Source of the DNA: Yuukianura sp. NJ FZ-2021
Lineage: Eukaryota
Direction: 5' to 3'
Length of the DNA: 64,000 bases
Assembly: GCA_046563655.1 (NCBI GenBank)
Contig: CM102288.1
Span: 434,001-498,000 of the forward strand
Under the pieces are notes generated by a model. It searched no databases, was not told the DNA's origin, and saw nothing but the letters and a program-made list of their open reading frames with translations. A program made the position numbers and the translations under genes. Numbering within the stretch: position 1 is the first letter of the stretch; each line of letters opens with the position of its first letter. Positions 11,791 through 25,700 of the stretch are shown piece by piece.

Positions 11791-13221
11791 CCTGCCTCTT
11801 CCTCTCCAATTATCTCCAAGATTCAGAAACTAATGTTTAATCTTGGATTTGTAATCCAATCTTCACGTTTTCAAAATTGAAAGTAGCCAAACTATGTATA
11901 AAACTGTATACTGTATGGTTTTGTAGAAAATTACCTTGGATTTTGAATTTGGTTTTTAGATTTTTGGACTTTACGGATTTCGAATTTGGTTTTTAGATTT
12001 TTGAACTTTGCGGAGTTTATGATTGAGCTGAACAGGGATTGGCTAATAGGCTTTACATAATTTTTGAATTTTGCAAATTGAGCGTGTGAATCAATTGGAT
12101 TTGAAGTGAAAACCTTGAAAATGGGGTTTGACGGCTTGGCAATGACAACGTTGAAGTACAAAAAATATTTTTAGACTTTTTTTTATGTGATTTAGATCGT
12201 GCGATCTGTTTTTAATTTTGGAACAAGGAGCTGATGATTATTTTAAAAATTGGACAAGGTGTATGGAGGAGGTTGAAATCTTATGAAAGTTTGAGGTTTA
12301 TGAATTTTGAATTTTGACTTTCTTTTGGCTCGTTTTTACTAAAAGGTTGGCAGTGTTTTATAGAATTTGAATTAAAGAAGTTATTTGTTTTTTGGAGAGC
12401 TGACTTTGCTTCTAGGACTCTGCTCGTAAAGTAAAGTTTTTAATTTGGAGTGTAATAATAGGATTGATGAGGAATTTAACGCTGACACTTTTCATTCTAA
12501 ATCTTCTCTGAAGAGAGGGTGAGAGAGAGATTTAAAAAATGCTTTAGAAGATGTTGGCTCCATGCCAAGTCTCTCTTGTTTTAAATTTAAAAAATTTGCT
12601 ACTGAAAACTTGAACTGGGCTTTGCTGTTTTGTAGGATGATGGAGGGGGGAAATGAATTTGTAGTTACTCCATTCTTTTTTTACATTTTAGATTCTTGTT
12701 TTAGTTTTCTGGAGTGTTATGGATTTTGAATGAGCGTGACCTACTTTTGTCTGTCCAAAGTCCGGTACTAGGCTTAACTAGGGAATGACAAACTGCTGTT
12801 CCTACGACTTTTGAAAACAAAGCAAGATTTGTGGTATTTTGGGTGAAATGTGTTGTTTTTGTGGCAGGAGGAGTGAAATTCCGCCTTGTCATGTGGAATA
12901 AATGAAGTACAATTAATTGTAATTTGAGCTAAGGCGGAAGCAGGTGGATTTGAATTAAGTATTTAGACGTGGGCGAACCTAAGTTATGCAGGAAGGAGAA
13001 AAGTGAAAGCAGGAAAGTGAAAGCAGACGAGAGGGGATTAGGGGCAAGTTGAGACAGGAAATCCCTAGGAAAAGGCGGGAACTTTGGATTTTGAAAATAC
13101 GACGGGAGAAAGTGAGTGAAAGCAAAAGCTTAGGTTTGGAATGCGGGAGATTTCCTTTTCTCGGGGTTTCGGTTTTTGGCGGATCCAGAACACTCTACTG
13201 GGAGTTTGACGAAATGGAAAG

Positions 13222-13302
13222 TGGGTGGGTGGTGTAGTTTCGGGATTGAGAAGAAGGGGGCATACGGTTCGAGTCCTACTCGGGTGAAGTCCGAAAAAAA
13301 AA
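13222..13302 (+). mobile_element. Possible tRNA-derived SINE head or tRNA pseudogene relic
   Basis: A-box-like TGGTGTAGTTTCGG (13230-13243), B-box GGTTCGAGTCC (13266-13276) and an A-run at 13294-13302. No complete cloverleaf can be folded. Confidence 0.35.
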
Positions 13303-13765
13303 GTTGTTTTTAAACGTAAGTTTTTGTTTGAACAGAACGATGCTGGTAAATGTAATTACGAAATTTAGAAATTTTGAAAATGTAAGGGGTGGGGGCGATT
13401 TTTGCTTGCGGGTGGCATTTGGCCCCTCCACGAAGTATTTTTTCAAACGGAGGCTTCTGATTGGTGGATGGGTAAACATAATTTTTAAAACAACTTTTCG
13501 TTAAGTTGTTGCGTAATTTCGACTTCGAGATTCCAAGATTCTGCTGATTTTTGGTGACACGGGATTGTTGAGCTCCCTAAATTAACTTAATTTTGTCCTG
13601 TTTTAACCTGGTTAGTTACTTTAATTAGCTTTTGTTTTTTGTATTTTAATGTTCCTGCTCCTAAGTTTAACATTTTGTAACACCTTTGCTTTACTTTTGG
13701 TTGCAGATTTGTGTGTTTTTGTTTTTGCTTGTATTTGTCCTTTCCCAAGCGAATTTGGGTGGAGA

Positions 13766-16700
13766 ATGGAGTTGGACAAATTCACCTTTGGATTCCAGCT
13801 ACGAATGCTGGAGAAATCGGACATGGACGCGGATTTTGATTACTACAACAGATGCATCTGGGTAACAAACATGCTTTTTAACATTCCTATTCCTATATAG
13901 TACTATCCTATCTTTGTGTCCTTTGACCTCATTACCTGTGACCTTTGACCTATAGTCAATTGCGCGCACGACCGGGAATATCCGGGTGATTTTTTAAACT
14001 AATTGGGTTTAGTAAGGATTCACTTTTAAATTAAGTTTCAAAATGAATTGTGAAAGTTAGTTTAAAAATGAATTGTTTGGGCTTTAATTTTGATGAATTT
14101 TGGGTGATTCATTGCCGGCCGGCTGGTTGGAAATTGTGTCTTTAGATTGAGATTGAATAGAAGTCTTTAGGAAAAGAAGGAAGATGCGATGTTTTAGTTT
14201 AGTTTGGTTTTTTATGGCGTAAGTTCTCTGTACTACTGCGCCAAATAAATGAAAAGATGGTCTGTTCTGTGCCTTGGAAAAGAAAAAGTAAGAAGTGTAT
14301 CCGTGGTTGGGTTCTAAAATTCTAGTCTGTAGACGTTGTTAGTCTGAAGATGCGGTTGGGAGGTGCGCAGAAAGACGAGGGTTTTTGATCCAGTTGGAGT
14401 CTAAACTTTCATTTGAGTTGTAGTAGTGGTGTTGGGCGGATGTTATTCTGGAACTGCTCCAAACAACGTAACACTCATAGCTGAGTCACTTAAGTCTTAA
14501 GTTTTTACCAAATTTTGCACAATTTGGGTCCAATTGAGGGAATTGCAAATTGAAACAGGCTCAATTTTTGGACATTTGGTGGTTGAACTTTGAATTTGGG
14601 GTGCAGAAGGTGCTGATTGGTGGTGAAAGTGTAGAAAGTGTTGAGTATTGACAGTTTTGGGTGGGCCACTGCCAAGGTGGGACTCCGGTGGTTCTATGAT
14701 GTGTGCTGATGTTGCCAACTCCTTGGCCAAACTCTGGGGTCCTGGAGCATTTCTATTTCCTTCGTCACAGGGTGTCCAGGGACTCTACTACCCGGTAATT
14801 TTCAAAATTTTGAACTTTTATAGACTCTAGGTCAAAGGTCAATGTTGTGACATTCAAGGTCAGGCTTTTAGTTAGTGATTTTCAGCCTTACAAAAGTGTG
14901 GAAGTTGAAAAAGTTGATTTTTACTTGGCGATTTTGGATTTCTCTTTCAGCTGAGAATCCAATTAGGCCGGTGAAAGTTGTTTTTGGAAAAAGCTTTTGA
15001 CAAGAAGAAAGCAAAAGTTATGAAATAGTTGAAGCAAGTTTTTGACCAAAAACAACTTTTGAAATTATGAAAAGGTGAAAGTTAAGTTACACAACTTGGG
15101 GGAATTATTAGAGTTACACAACACTCACAAGAGTTTTGTAAATTAGAAAGTTGGAGAAAAGTTAAAGTCAATGGTGCCTCAGTTTTGATTGGAAATTGTT
15201 AGTATTTTTGTTTGAATTAAGATTCTGACACTGTAGTTACTGCCAGGGTCGTAGATTCTGATTGGAATTGATTTATTGACAGTCTTGTGGGTTGATGAAT
15301 TCATTGTCTTTCGTGACAGTCGTAGACATTGCAACTTATAACTTTTGCAACTTGGAAGTTATAGGAGAGTGAGTGATTGTGTCGACTCAGCATCATTTTC
15401 ACGCTGGGAACACTTTTCGCTTCATCACAGATCATATTTCCTCAATGTCAAATCCCGTTCTCATTCAATTTGCAAATCCAAAAGACCAAAGACGTATTTT
15501 TTCAATTTAAGTTGGAGGTTTCTACTCTGCACAAGGTCAAATGAATAGTAAATTGTGTTTGGTCACTTGAGATGCATCAAATCTGTTGTGGGGATCTTGA
15601 AGTTGGTCGTAGTGTAGATTACAATGTTAATTTTAAATCTTAAATCTTATCGTCAGTTTCAGTTTGTTGTATGTAGTGACGTTGACCTCTTGACCTTCTT
15701 AAAAAGTTGTGATTGATTAGTGATAAGGCGGGGAATTCAAGGATGAGCTTCTTTTTAGTACTCCAAAAATTAACTAAAATTAAACATTTTCTTTCTGTTT
15801 TTGCTTACTAATTTCGGTAATTTTGCTAAATGTGGACAAAGTGACTCATGTGTGAAAGTGTAAGATGAGAGGGTACTTAAGGGCCGTGAGAAGCTTAAGC
15901 TGTTTTTAAGTGTACCCTGTGCGCCTGACTCATGTGTTCAATAATACCCTAATCTAAACCTAGCCTAGCCCTTGAGTAGCCCTTCGACTTAGCGTTTTTA
16001 AGGTTTTAGCCGTTTTTGAACAGTTTCTTTTTGTTTTTAGCCGATGGGATTTTGAAGAGTGAAAATGAGAAAAGAATGAGTTAGAATACTAAAAACATAG
16101 GCTAGGGCATCTGGTCAGCAGATTGAGTTTGGACTATTTCCCAAGGACAGTGTCACATGTGGTTCTTATTAAAGGAGATGGGAGGGCCCTTAAGGCTCAG
16201 TTTAAAACAAAAGGGCTCCAGAAAATGGTTGTACTTTGGACTTTTATTCGGGTCAACAGCAGTGACCCTCTGCGTTGTAGGATGAAAGTGAGCCTTAGTT
16301 CTTGGCTCAATGAGGAACGAAGGGATCAGGGAAACAGCCTCACTTTCGAAATTTGGAAAGCCTAGAGTTTGGAATAATAAAATGGAAGATATCTTTTAGT
16401 AACAGTTTTATGGCGGGACTTTTTAGAACAAACAAAATCTTTAGAACAAACATGTTTTAAGCTTTTCCGAGGAATTCGGAGTTGATTTAGATTCGGATGT
16501 GGAAACGCCTAAACTTCCGTTGTTTTGAAACTGTGTAGAGATCTCAGTTTATTGCCTCAAGAGATTTCCAAATTTCGTGAAAACAAAGTTTAGACTTTTG
16601 AATGTACAATTGAAGTTTTCCTTCAAAACTTCAATTCAAAATGGAAGGTTGAATTTTTATGGATATTTTTTAATCTTTTGAGAATCAGTTTCCGACTTGT

Positions 16701-19700
16701 TTCTGTGATTTTTTTGAGTTGTGTTTTTTGAACCTGGTTGTGGAGTTGAAGATGAAAATAAATTGGGATGCTGTTTTTGAGTTTGAGTTTTTTGGAATGA
16801 CGAAGAGGGGAGTTTAAGTAGGAAATAAATTTAAATGGATTCAATGGACAGATTTAGATTAAATTAGAGAACAGACCGGGAATTGTGCATTTCAAAAGTG
16901 GCTGTAAAATGGTCAATGTCGTGTCTGTCCTGCTTACTTTAACTTTTAAGCTCAGAATATCACTTTGTAAGCGTATGGTCTTTTGAAAGTCTTGAAAGTT
17001 AGGGATGTAATCAAGAGACGGCATCAGTGTGCAACCGTACAGAAGTCACTGCTTGTCTCATTTGATTTGACAAATGGTTTCCACTGTACAAACTGTACAC
17101 GAAAATAAGGACGCACCAGATCTGTCTCTCACAAATCTTCACTCACTCATCTCCAATAATTGAGCAGCACAGATACGTTGTTGGGAGAATAATTTTTGGA
17201 AAGTTTTAGCACAAAAATTCAAAACAAAATATGAAAAGAAAGTGAAAAGTGGAATGGTTGAGTAATGTTTTGCTGCGGAAGAGGTTTTTTGAAAGTAGTT
17301 TTTGACAAATTTGAAAGATGTGATGATTTATTTTGTATCTGTGGGATTTGTTTGGAAAGGAGAAGATTTGCATCTCAAGGTGGGATTTTTCCATGAGAGT
17401 TATGAGATTTTTGCAACTTTTTTTTTTTGGAAAAGAGCTGAAAGAAGAGGAATTGTGTATTTTGTGAGATGTTTGTGTGATGTAGATGTTGGAAGTTTTA
17501 AATTGAAATGGATGAGGGTACAACTGGTGGAAAAAGTGTTAGATTTTTGTACGTTAGCTGAATAGAAAGCTGGCTTTTCATGATGAATAGGGAGCATGAG
17601 TGTGGAACTCTTTGTGACAAGAGTTAAGTTGAAAATGGAAACTAATCAGAGTTGGAACTTGATAGTACTGTGGCGGTGGAAAGGCCTCATGAGATTCATA
17701 ACTTCTGTGTTTTTTAAACTTTTTGGAAGATGATGAAGGCAAAGTGGAAAAGTTAAAATAAGTTTAGGATTTTTCATCTTTTAGTTTTTGAGATTCAGAT
17801 AAATGGAGTGCTCCGCCTACTTTTTTTCAAATTAAGACAAAAAAAAACTGGTGCAATGAGCATGTTTTGGCAAACTTTTGGTTGAATTGGTAAAAAATTA
17901 AAAAAATTGGCCTAGGAGTTTTTACGATTTCTTAAACTTGTATTTTGATTGTAAGCCAAATGATTAGAAAAGTTTGCATTTTTTTTGTTTGGGTTTTAAA
18001 AACTCAATTGTGTGAGAAATGGGGAAAACTTTTGTTCTGCGATTTTGGTTTCAAAATTTGTTGAGATTTGGTCGTCAGATGGTTTGGTATTTAGGTTCCT
18101 TTGTTTTAGCTGTGTTTGAGATCTTGATTTGTTTGCATTAGAGAAATTTGAGATGTAGCAGATGGAAAACTGTTCTCGTTTGCTAACAGAAATTTGATAC
18201 TTAACATCTCACATGTTAAAATGTTAAAACAAGGATTACGCAACTCGGTGTATCTGTTTAGCATTATGCAATCACGACGAAGGATTAAAGCTGTGCAGTT
18301 GGAAGATACATCATAAGGATTTAGTTGTTCCTTGGAAAAAGTTTCGAAATTTCGAAAATACAAAAAAAAACTGAGATGTCAATCAGATGCTTTCTTTTAA
18401 AAATGTGTTAAGGTCGTGGGTGGAGTATTAAACGGAAGAGACGATTAGGAAGAACAAGGAGTGTTTTTGTTTCTAAGAAAAGAGCGAGGGAAACGGGCTG
18501 TTTTTAGAATTTGGATTTTTAAACACTTTCCATATGGTTGGAGGTTTACGTTAGTTACTTCCTTCTTCTGTTCTGTTTCTGTCGTCTCAACTTGTTTTTA
18601 TTACCAGGAAACTCCTTTTCTTTTAGAAAAGGGAAATCGATGTTGTTCCATGTATTTTTTCTTGTCTTTTTTTAAACGTGTTTTGTTGAAATTTAATTAT
18701 TTTCTGTTTACATTTTAAAATTGAACGGAAAAGGTTGTTGAAAGCGTCGTTAGTTTATCTCTTTTCCCCATTTTTTTTTCTTGAAAATCTGAATTTGGAA
18801 AGTCTTTTTTATTTCGTAAATCTAAATCTACAATTTAACATGGAAATTGGATTGTGTGTTGTTGTGTCTTTTTGGAAGTAAATTGAATGTTTGCTTACAC
18901 AAAAGGATTTTTTTATCTCATCTTTTCTAAGATTTCACGTAGGACGAAAAAATAACGTTTCAAATTCCGCCGCACTTTCCTCCTTTCCTTGTTTCCTGAA
19001 AATGAGAAAGTGTTTGCTCGATTTTTCTGGATTTTAGTTTTTTCGTTCTACCTTTTGCGTTGCGTTTTTTAAATTTTCGAATTTTTCTCTTTTCCTATTT
19101 TCATTTTTTTTTCGTTCGTTTACTTTAGATTTTTTTGTTAAATTTTCGGTTTTTCCCTACGTTTTGCTTCGTATTCGTTAAATTTTCGAATTTCTCTTCT
19201 TCTTCGGTTTTCTTTTCCTTCGTTAAGGTCAGGCTTTGCTTAAATTTGCGTTTTTTGACTTTGAAGAGCTGAATTCTCTTGTAAGCCAAATTGCGGATTA
19301 CTTGAAGCGTAAGAATTTTTTCACTTTGTCGTGTTCTGCATGTAGTTCAAGTACTGTAAAGGTGTGAGTTGTATGACAATTTCCTATTCCGTCCTGTGTG
19401 AACTCTTCAAAGTTGTAGAAGTTAGTGAAGCGAAGTAGTAGAACCCCGGCAACGCTCCAGCGAAAGCGCTGATCAGCGCAAGTTTGTACACGAGGGAGAA
19501 AGCAGGCGGATGTTGACATTCGTGAGAAGATGTGATGATTTTTATCCATGTTGAGATTTGGGGGTGGTCCAGCATCTGCACCACCCTGCTCCGCCGGGAT
19601 AAGCATGTTAGCAAAAACGTAGTGGATCGATGAGGGCGAGGACGAAAGTTGGGTGGATATGTTCTGCTGCTGAGCATGTAGAGCGTAACGTCCTGCACAG

Positions 19701-22700
19701 TTCTGGTGAAAGTGGCTCAGAGCTCGGAAATTGTGTAGAGAATTTCAGTTTGGATATAAACGGGTCCAGAGTTGGCAAAAAATAAGTTTTTCTGCTCTTT
19801 AGATTACTTCTCGGAAAGTTAAGTTGGAAAATGTGTTGTCTGATTTTGTAAAGATAAATGAGGAAAAGTTTGGTAGGAGAAAGTTTTTTCAAGAACTGGG
19901 GAAAATAGAAAGAGAATTTTTATGCACAGGTTCATTTAGGAAACGAATCAAGTAAAAGGAGATGAAAAGGAATTTTTTATGTTGAATTTAAATGAAGGGC
20001 CAGGGAAAAGTTGAAGATGAGTAGAAAGGCAAGGGAGATGGAAAGTGGAATGTTCCTTTTGGAAAATTTCTTGGAAAATGCATGGAGAAAAGCGTGTGGA
20101 GAGAAAGTTTTTGTGAATATCATGCATGTTTCCCACGGTGGCGGGAGTAACTTCGTGGAAAATGGGGAAAAGAGGGAAATTAGAAAAAGTGGAGGGAGAA
20201 AGTGGAAGTGAAGTTTGGAATTGGAGGAATAGAAAGCCCAGAGACGAGAGTGCTATAGGAAAATAAAGCGCTTTTAATTAAACTTGGGCAATTATAGTAG
20301 TCGTTACTCGCTTTATCTGGGAACCTAACGTAAAGCTAAGCTAACCGTTTGGCTTTTGGGCTAAATGAATCATTTAAACTAAATCGAAGGAACTTTCACT
20401 TGTTTTGTTAAGAGTAATTAACTTGAAACGAGTGAAAGTAAATTGACATAACCTTTGCTCAAAAAATTTACAACGTCTAATTGTGTGTCTGAAACTTTTA
20501 GTTAAACTTAACTTAAAAACTACAGTTTTTGATAGTTTTCAAACACGTTCACTTTTTCTTTTTAGTTTACGCTTTTTTCCAAACTGTAAAAAAAGAAGTT
20601 TTTGATTTGGTTTGGCTTTTGAAAAAATCTTGGAACTTGAAATGATTGCGTTTGAGTTTGTTGCGTAAAAACATTTGAAAATTGGAGAATTTAATGATGT
20701 GATTTTTGTTGCAATTTTGATGATTGTTTGATGCGATTTATTTGTTTCTTACTATACGTCTGTATTGTAACGCGGATCGAACTGTGCTGGAAGGTTCTCA
20801 AATTACAATTTTTGGTTTGGATAATGAAGGGAGCTTTGGGTTTAAGTAGCGTTGTTATGGGATGATGATGATGGTGGAGCTAGGTGCATGAAGCCATAAA
20901 CGCTCAAAGTCTCCAGGCTCAAACTGCTGTTCATATTTACAAAGGGAAGTTTAAAGTTTCTCTTTTGCCTTTTGGTTGTTGTTTGATGCTTAAAGCTTAA
21001 GGGAGCAAGGGAATGTTGATTCTGATGATTAGGAGGCTTTTCAAGTGAAAGTGTTGGATGGAAACCGCAAGGAGAATTACATGTTTAAGCATGACCATTT
21101 TCCAGCAAGAGAAAGTCAAACCGAAAAGTAACTTCGGGGTGTGTTGATAATAAGCCAAGGATTTTAACATGTCCTTTTAACTTGTCTAAATTTGAGCCAA
21201 CCACATGCCAGATCCAGCCTCTGTCAATTCTAAACCTTCACTAAATTGTGCATAATTGGGACTTGAGAGACTACAAAGTAAGGACGAGGGTGATTCCTGA
21301 GCCTAGGTTTTGGATTAGGCTAACTTACTATGTATTTAGGTTAGGTTTTTGCTTCATGGTTGCTTCCCGCACTTTCTCTTTTTCTCTTCGTGTGTACCTT
21401 TGAACTAGAGATTTTAGCGGGAGGAAGTGGAGCGAGGGCCACTTGAAAGAGGAAGTTTGGAGTGGAGGATCTTTTGAAAATGAAATGGAACCATGGGCTT
21501 TGAGAACTCTGAATTATTAAATAAGAGGAGAGGATAAAGGGAAAGCGCGGACCAAGAGCATTTATCATTAACTTTCATGCTGGCACTCATGTTTGTTTTG
21601 TACTTTAATTTCCTTCCTTTGAACTTTCCCTCTCTCTCTTCTTTTTCAGTTCATTATAAGCTGCGGACTCAAGTGTTCTCGACGTGGAAAGCATTTTGAG
21701 TTGTGGTTTTTTAGAAAATGAAATTGGAAACGGAATTGTTTAATTAGGAGAGCTTTTGATTTCAACTGAATCGTTTGTCTTTTTAGTAAAATGGAAAATG
21801 AACTAATATTCAACAGAAATAGAAGAATTGATGAAAATTTAGTTTGAAGGAAGTGAAGGAGCTTACTAAACAGGAATTGCGTTGAAAAGAACTAAAATTT
21901 TGAAAGTTCTTTGACCATATGAAGTTAAGAGTTTAATTAAGTTAGAAAGTTGAGGTTTTGAGGATGTTAGGTTTTGAGTTATAGTGATTCTGTGCGTTCC
22001 TTTTGACTGCGTTTATGCCTTTGGGGAAATTGGCGCAGTAATTGGTATGCATAAGGTGAATTTAGGTCTGGAGGAAAGCAGCGGAGCAGAGAAAGTATGG
22101 TAGACCGTATGCTAATCGTAGTAAATTTTCCACGTTTTGTTGAATTTAGTTTTTAGTAAGGTGGCGTTTCCAACTTGCATTTTCCTATTATGCAGATGGG
22201 AAATGCCTCGAGGGAGTCATTTTCCCTGGCGAAGCGACATTCTGTTCTACCGTTCGCTTTCTAAGTTGAAACCGAACGTTGAAAACTCATTTCCAATTTC
22301 TATTGGCAGAGAGAGTAATGTTTGAACAGGGAAAGTGTGTACAGAGGGATTATGAGAACGACGGAAGTGGAATTGACAAAGAGGAGTGTTGTGGTAAAAT
22401 CAATTTTGGAGGTTCCCTGTTCCTTAAGGGCTCTGTTAAGTAGAGTCGGTGCCCCTTTGTTGAATTTGTGCTTAGGGGGTACTGCAAAAGTGGCCCTGAG
22501 AGCTAGATTAATTGATTCGGGAGTACTTGGACCTGTCTGGGGCTAATTAGAATTGATGAGGAGTGGATTTCAATGTTGGAGAGAAAGTGGAGATTATTGG
22601 TGTACAGGGTAATGCTATTTTGAGAAAGTTAATTATAACGAAGTGCTGCTTCGCAAATGGAGAAGTGTTGTTGAAGGTTAGACAGAAACTTGGTTTTGGT

Positions 22701-25700
22701 TCAATTACTTCTGTTTAGAAATAATTTTGAACGTAGTGCTTTCTCTTCTGAGTCTATGTTCTTAGTTTTAGTGTTGATGAGTTGAGTGAGATTAGGTTAT
22801 GCTTTCACTTGGTCCCTAATGTTAACTGTGACAAATGGTTTTGCAGTGGAATTTTTGTAGAAATTTGTCTTCTTGGCCCTCATTAGACTTTAATTAGTGT
22901 ATATCTTTTAGTACAGAGAAGAGCGGCGTTTGTTTTTCTATTCTTTTGAGTTTTATAATGACAAAGACTGTCGAAATGCTAGAAGTGCATGGTAGATTTC
23001 CAAATTTAATAATTTGGATCCTTGTAGAAAGAGAAACAGAAAACGAAGCCAATTTTCTAGAGCAACATCAGGTTCAATTAGGCATGGTTTTTTTTGGTGT
23101 TGAGGAGGATTCGTACTAATTGGATTTTTAGGTGATTTTTTTATTGTGTTTTGTTTAAAATTTTGGGCGTGGGTCGTTGGAGTTTGAAGCGAGGAGAGTT
23201 TTTATTGTTTTCCATTTTGAATTAAAGGCAGTGTTATGATCATAGTTGAAAGAGGAATTGAAGTCGAAGCAGGAGAGAATGATGATGACGGGTGATTTGG
23301 AAAACGTTTTGGAGAAATGGAGATTGGGGAATGAGAAATTGATGGGAAGTACTTTCACCTCGAGCAGTGCTGAAGCATGCTCAACTGCTTTCTCTTTAGA
23401 GCTCATTCCACCGTATCAAATGTCCTCCTGCTGACATTTCCTTTCCACTCCTGTTACAAGTTGAGGTTGGGCTAGGTGAAAGGTGAGGTGAAAGTTCAGG
23501 CTGACGAGGATGAGGAAAGTCCCGATAGACCCATAGCAACAACACAAAAATGGAAGTACGTAGCGTTTTTCAAAAAAAGTGGAAACGAAAATTTCAAAAT
23601 TTTGTACTTTGACGTAGAAATTTTGTGTTTTCGTGTGAAAGGCACTGTAGTTGTGGTGCAGTTCGTGCCGCACGACAATGGTGACGGACAGCAGTAGCAT
23701 TTTGAGACGCGCCTATCCTAAAGCTCACATTTTAATGAACAATTTGCGTGACTTAAGTGGGAGAGAGAGTGGAGAAAACACGCTTTCACTGTATTCGCTA
23801 CTTTAGGAAAAAAGTAATGCACGGGGAAAGTTAATATTTTTCCTGGACAGAAGGAAATCTTAATTTTCCGGCGGGTACCATGCTAAAAGTAGTTATTTTG
23901 TTTTTTCAGTGAGTCAGGACTTGAAGTTTTTAGTTTATGTTGTAGTGTGTAGGTTGTGTTCTTATAGTCGTAATCTGTTTTTGGCGGGAATTCGTGACTG
24001 GAGCATGCAAGAGAGGAATTTGGGCCATTAGATTTTTTGGAAAGTCATATTTAACTTTCTCCGTTGGCTTTTGGAAGGCTGAATTTGATCCTTGGTTGTG
24101 TTTTGAGTTCGTGCGAGGGCTTAAAATTGTTAATTTGTGATAGCAAACAAACTATTTTTTGTCCAAAGTTCTTTACTTTTATGCTCACTTTCAGCGCAGG
24201 AAGTAAGTGAAAGTTAGCGTAAGTATAAAATATGGTGAAAGTTTGGGCTTTCTGGTGCTGCAATGAGTGCTGGAAGTGGAAGTTGCTTAAATCAGCGTCT
24301 CGTGGGAAGGGACAAGCGCTGGAGAGAGTGGGTGTAACCGCCATTTCGGAATTTGTGCCAGACGACGACGCCTTAAGTGAAAACTTTTGTCATCGAAAGT
24401 AAACTCGCAACACTAAAGTGTAATTTTAGAAAGTGATAAGCAGAACGTACGGAGAGAGGAAGGGAAAGGCAGCGGTAGTAAAAGTGGCGGGTAGTTGCGA
24501 CATTTTAAAATTTAGAATCTAGGAAGTTAGAAATTTAGGGTAAAAGTTTAAAATTAGGGTAGTTTTGGAAGAAATTCTAAAATCGGAGTAGTTTTTGGTA
24601 GAATTGGAGTTGAATTTTTCTAAATTGGCTTTTTTTTAAATGTTTTGTAGCAAACTGTGCAGTCGGGGAGTATGGCTTACCCTGGAGGCGTGTCTGGAGC
24701 ACTGCAGAGTGGTGACCTGTCTAATACAGCCATGACTCTGTCACAACTCAAAGTGGAGAAAGATATTGGGCAGATTTATAGTCAAGCAGTAGTGGGTGCC
24801 GTGGGAATTGGAGTTGGTGGTTCAGCTGTCGAGCAGCAGACGGTACATTTTTCTTTAAAATGACATTTTTAATTAAAATTTTTCAAAATGTAACTTTAAA
24901 TTGCTTTTTATGAAATTGCGTCTAACTGTGTTCTTTTTTGATTGTAGCAAACGGAGCCCGAGACAGAATCGCTGCTGGCCCTGTCCGGCCTCACCTCCAT
25001 TGTAACTCAAGGAACTTCCCCGCCAAGTCAACAAAACGGAACTGACGCGTCTTCCGGACTGGGCAAAGGACAGCCCAAGAGACTCCACGTTTCTAACATT
25101 CCGTTTAGGTTCAGAGATCCAGATTTGAGACAAATGTTTGGCGTAAGTGAACTTTTAGAGTGAAACAGCAGAGCTTTAGATCCAAAATGCCTACTTTCAC
25201 TCATGTGCTTGTGTGCTGCTTGGTTGGAACTCATTTGAATTTATAATGTGTCTCTCTTGGGACGTGGAGACCCGGGACCTGTTTTTGGAGACAGGCGGAG
25301 GAAATGAAAGAGAATTGTTAAGGAAAGCATTTTGGGATTTGAGTTTCAAATTGCTTTTATGATGAGATGAGCTATGGAATCAACACATTTACACAATCTG
25401 ATGGAGACTTTAAATAATAGAGGAGGAAATTATGTTAAGTCGTTGTCAAAGCTGGAGAAAATCGGATTTTGCCGGTTTAGGTTTTGGCGGATTTTAGATT
25501 TAACGAGTTTGGATGTTTTTTAGATTTGGGAGATAGGTAATTTTTGTTCTCTAGTTTTCGTGTCGTTTTAGTACGCTCCTGGAAAATGGCACTTTGAAAT
25601 TTAGTAATTTTGTGTATTGGAGAAAGAGTGGTTTTGAGTGTGTATTGAAGTTTTATATTGCTGTTTGGAAGTAGGAAGAGAAGCGTGATTGGATTTGGTA

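Noticed and set aside
13222..13295. Functional tRNA gene
   Set aside because: A- and B-box spacing is short, and no acceptor or anticodon stems can be formed.
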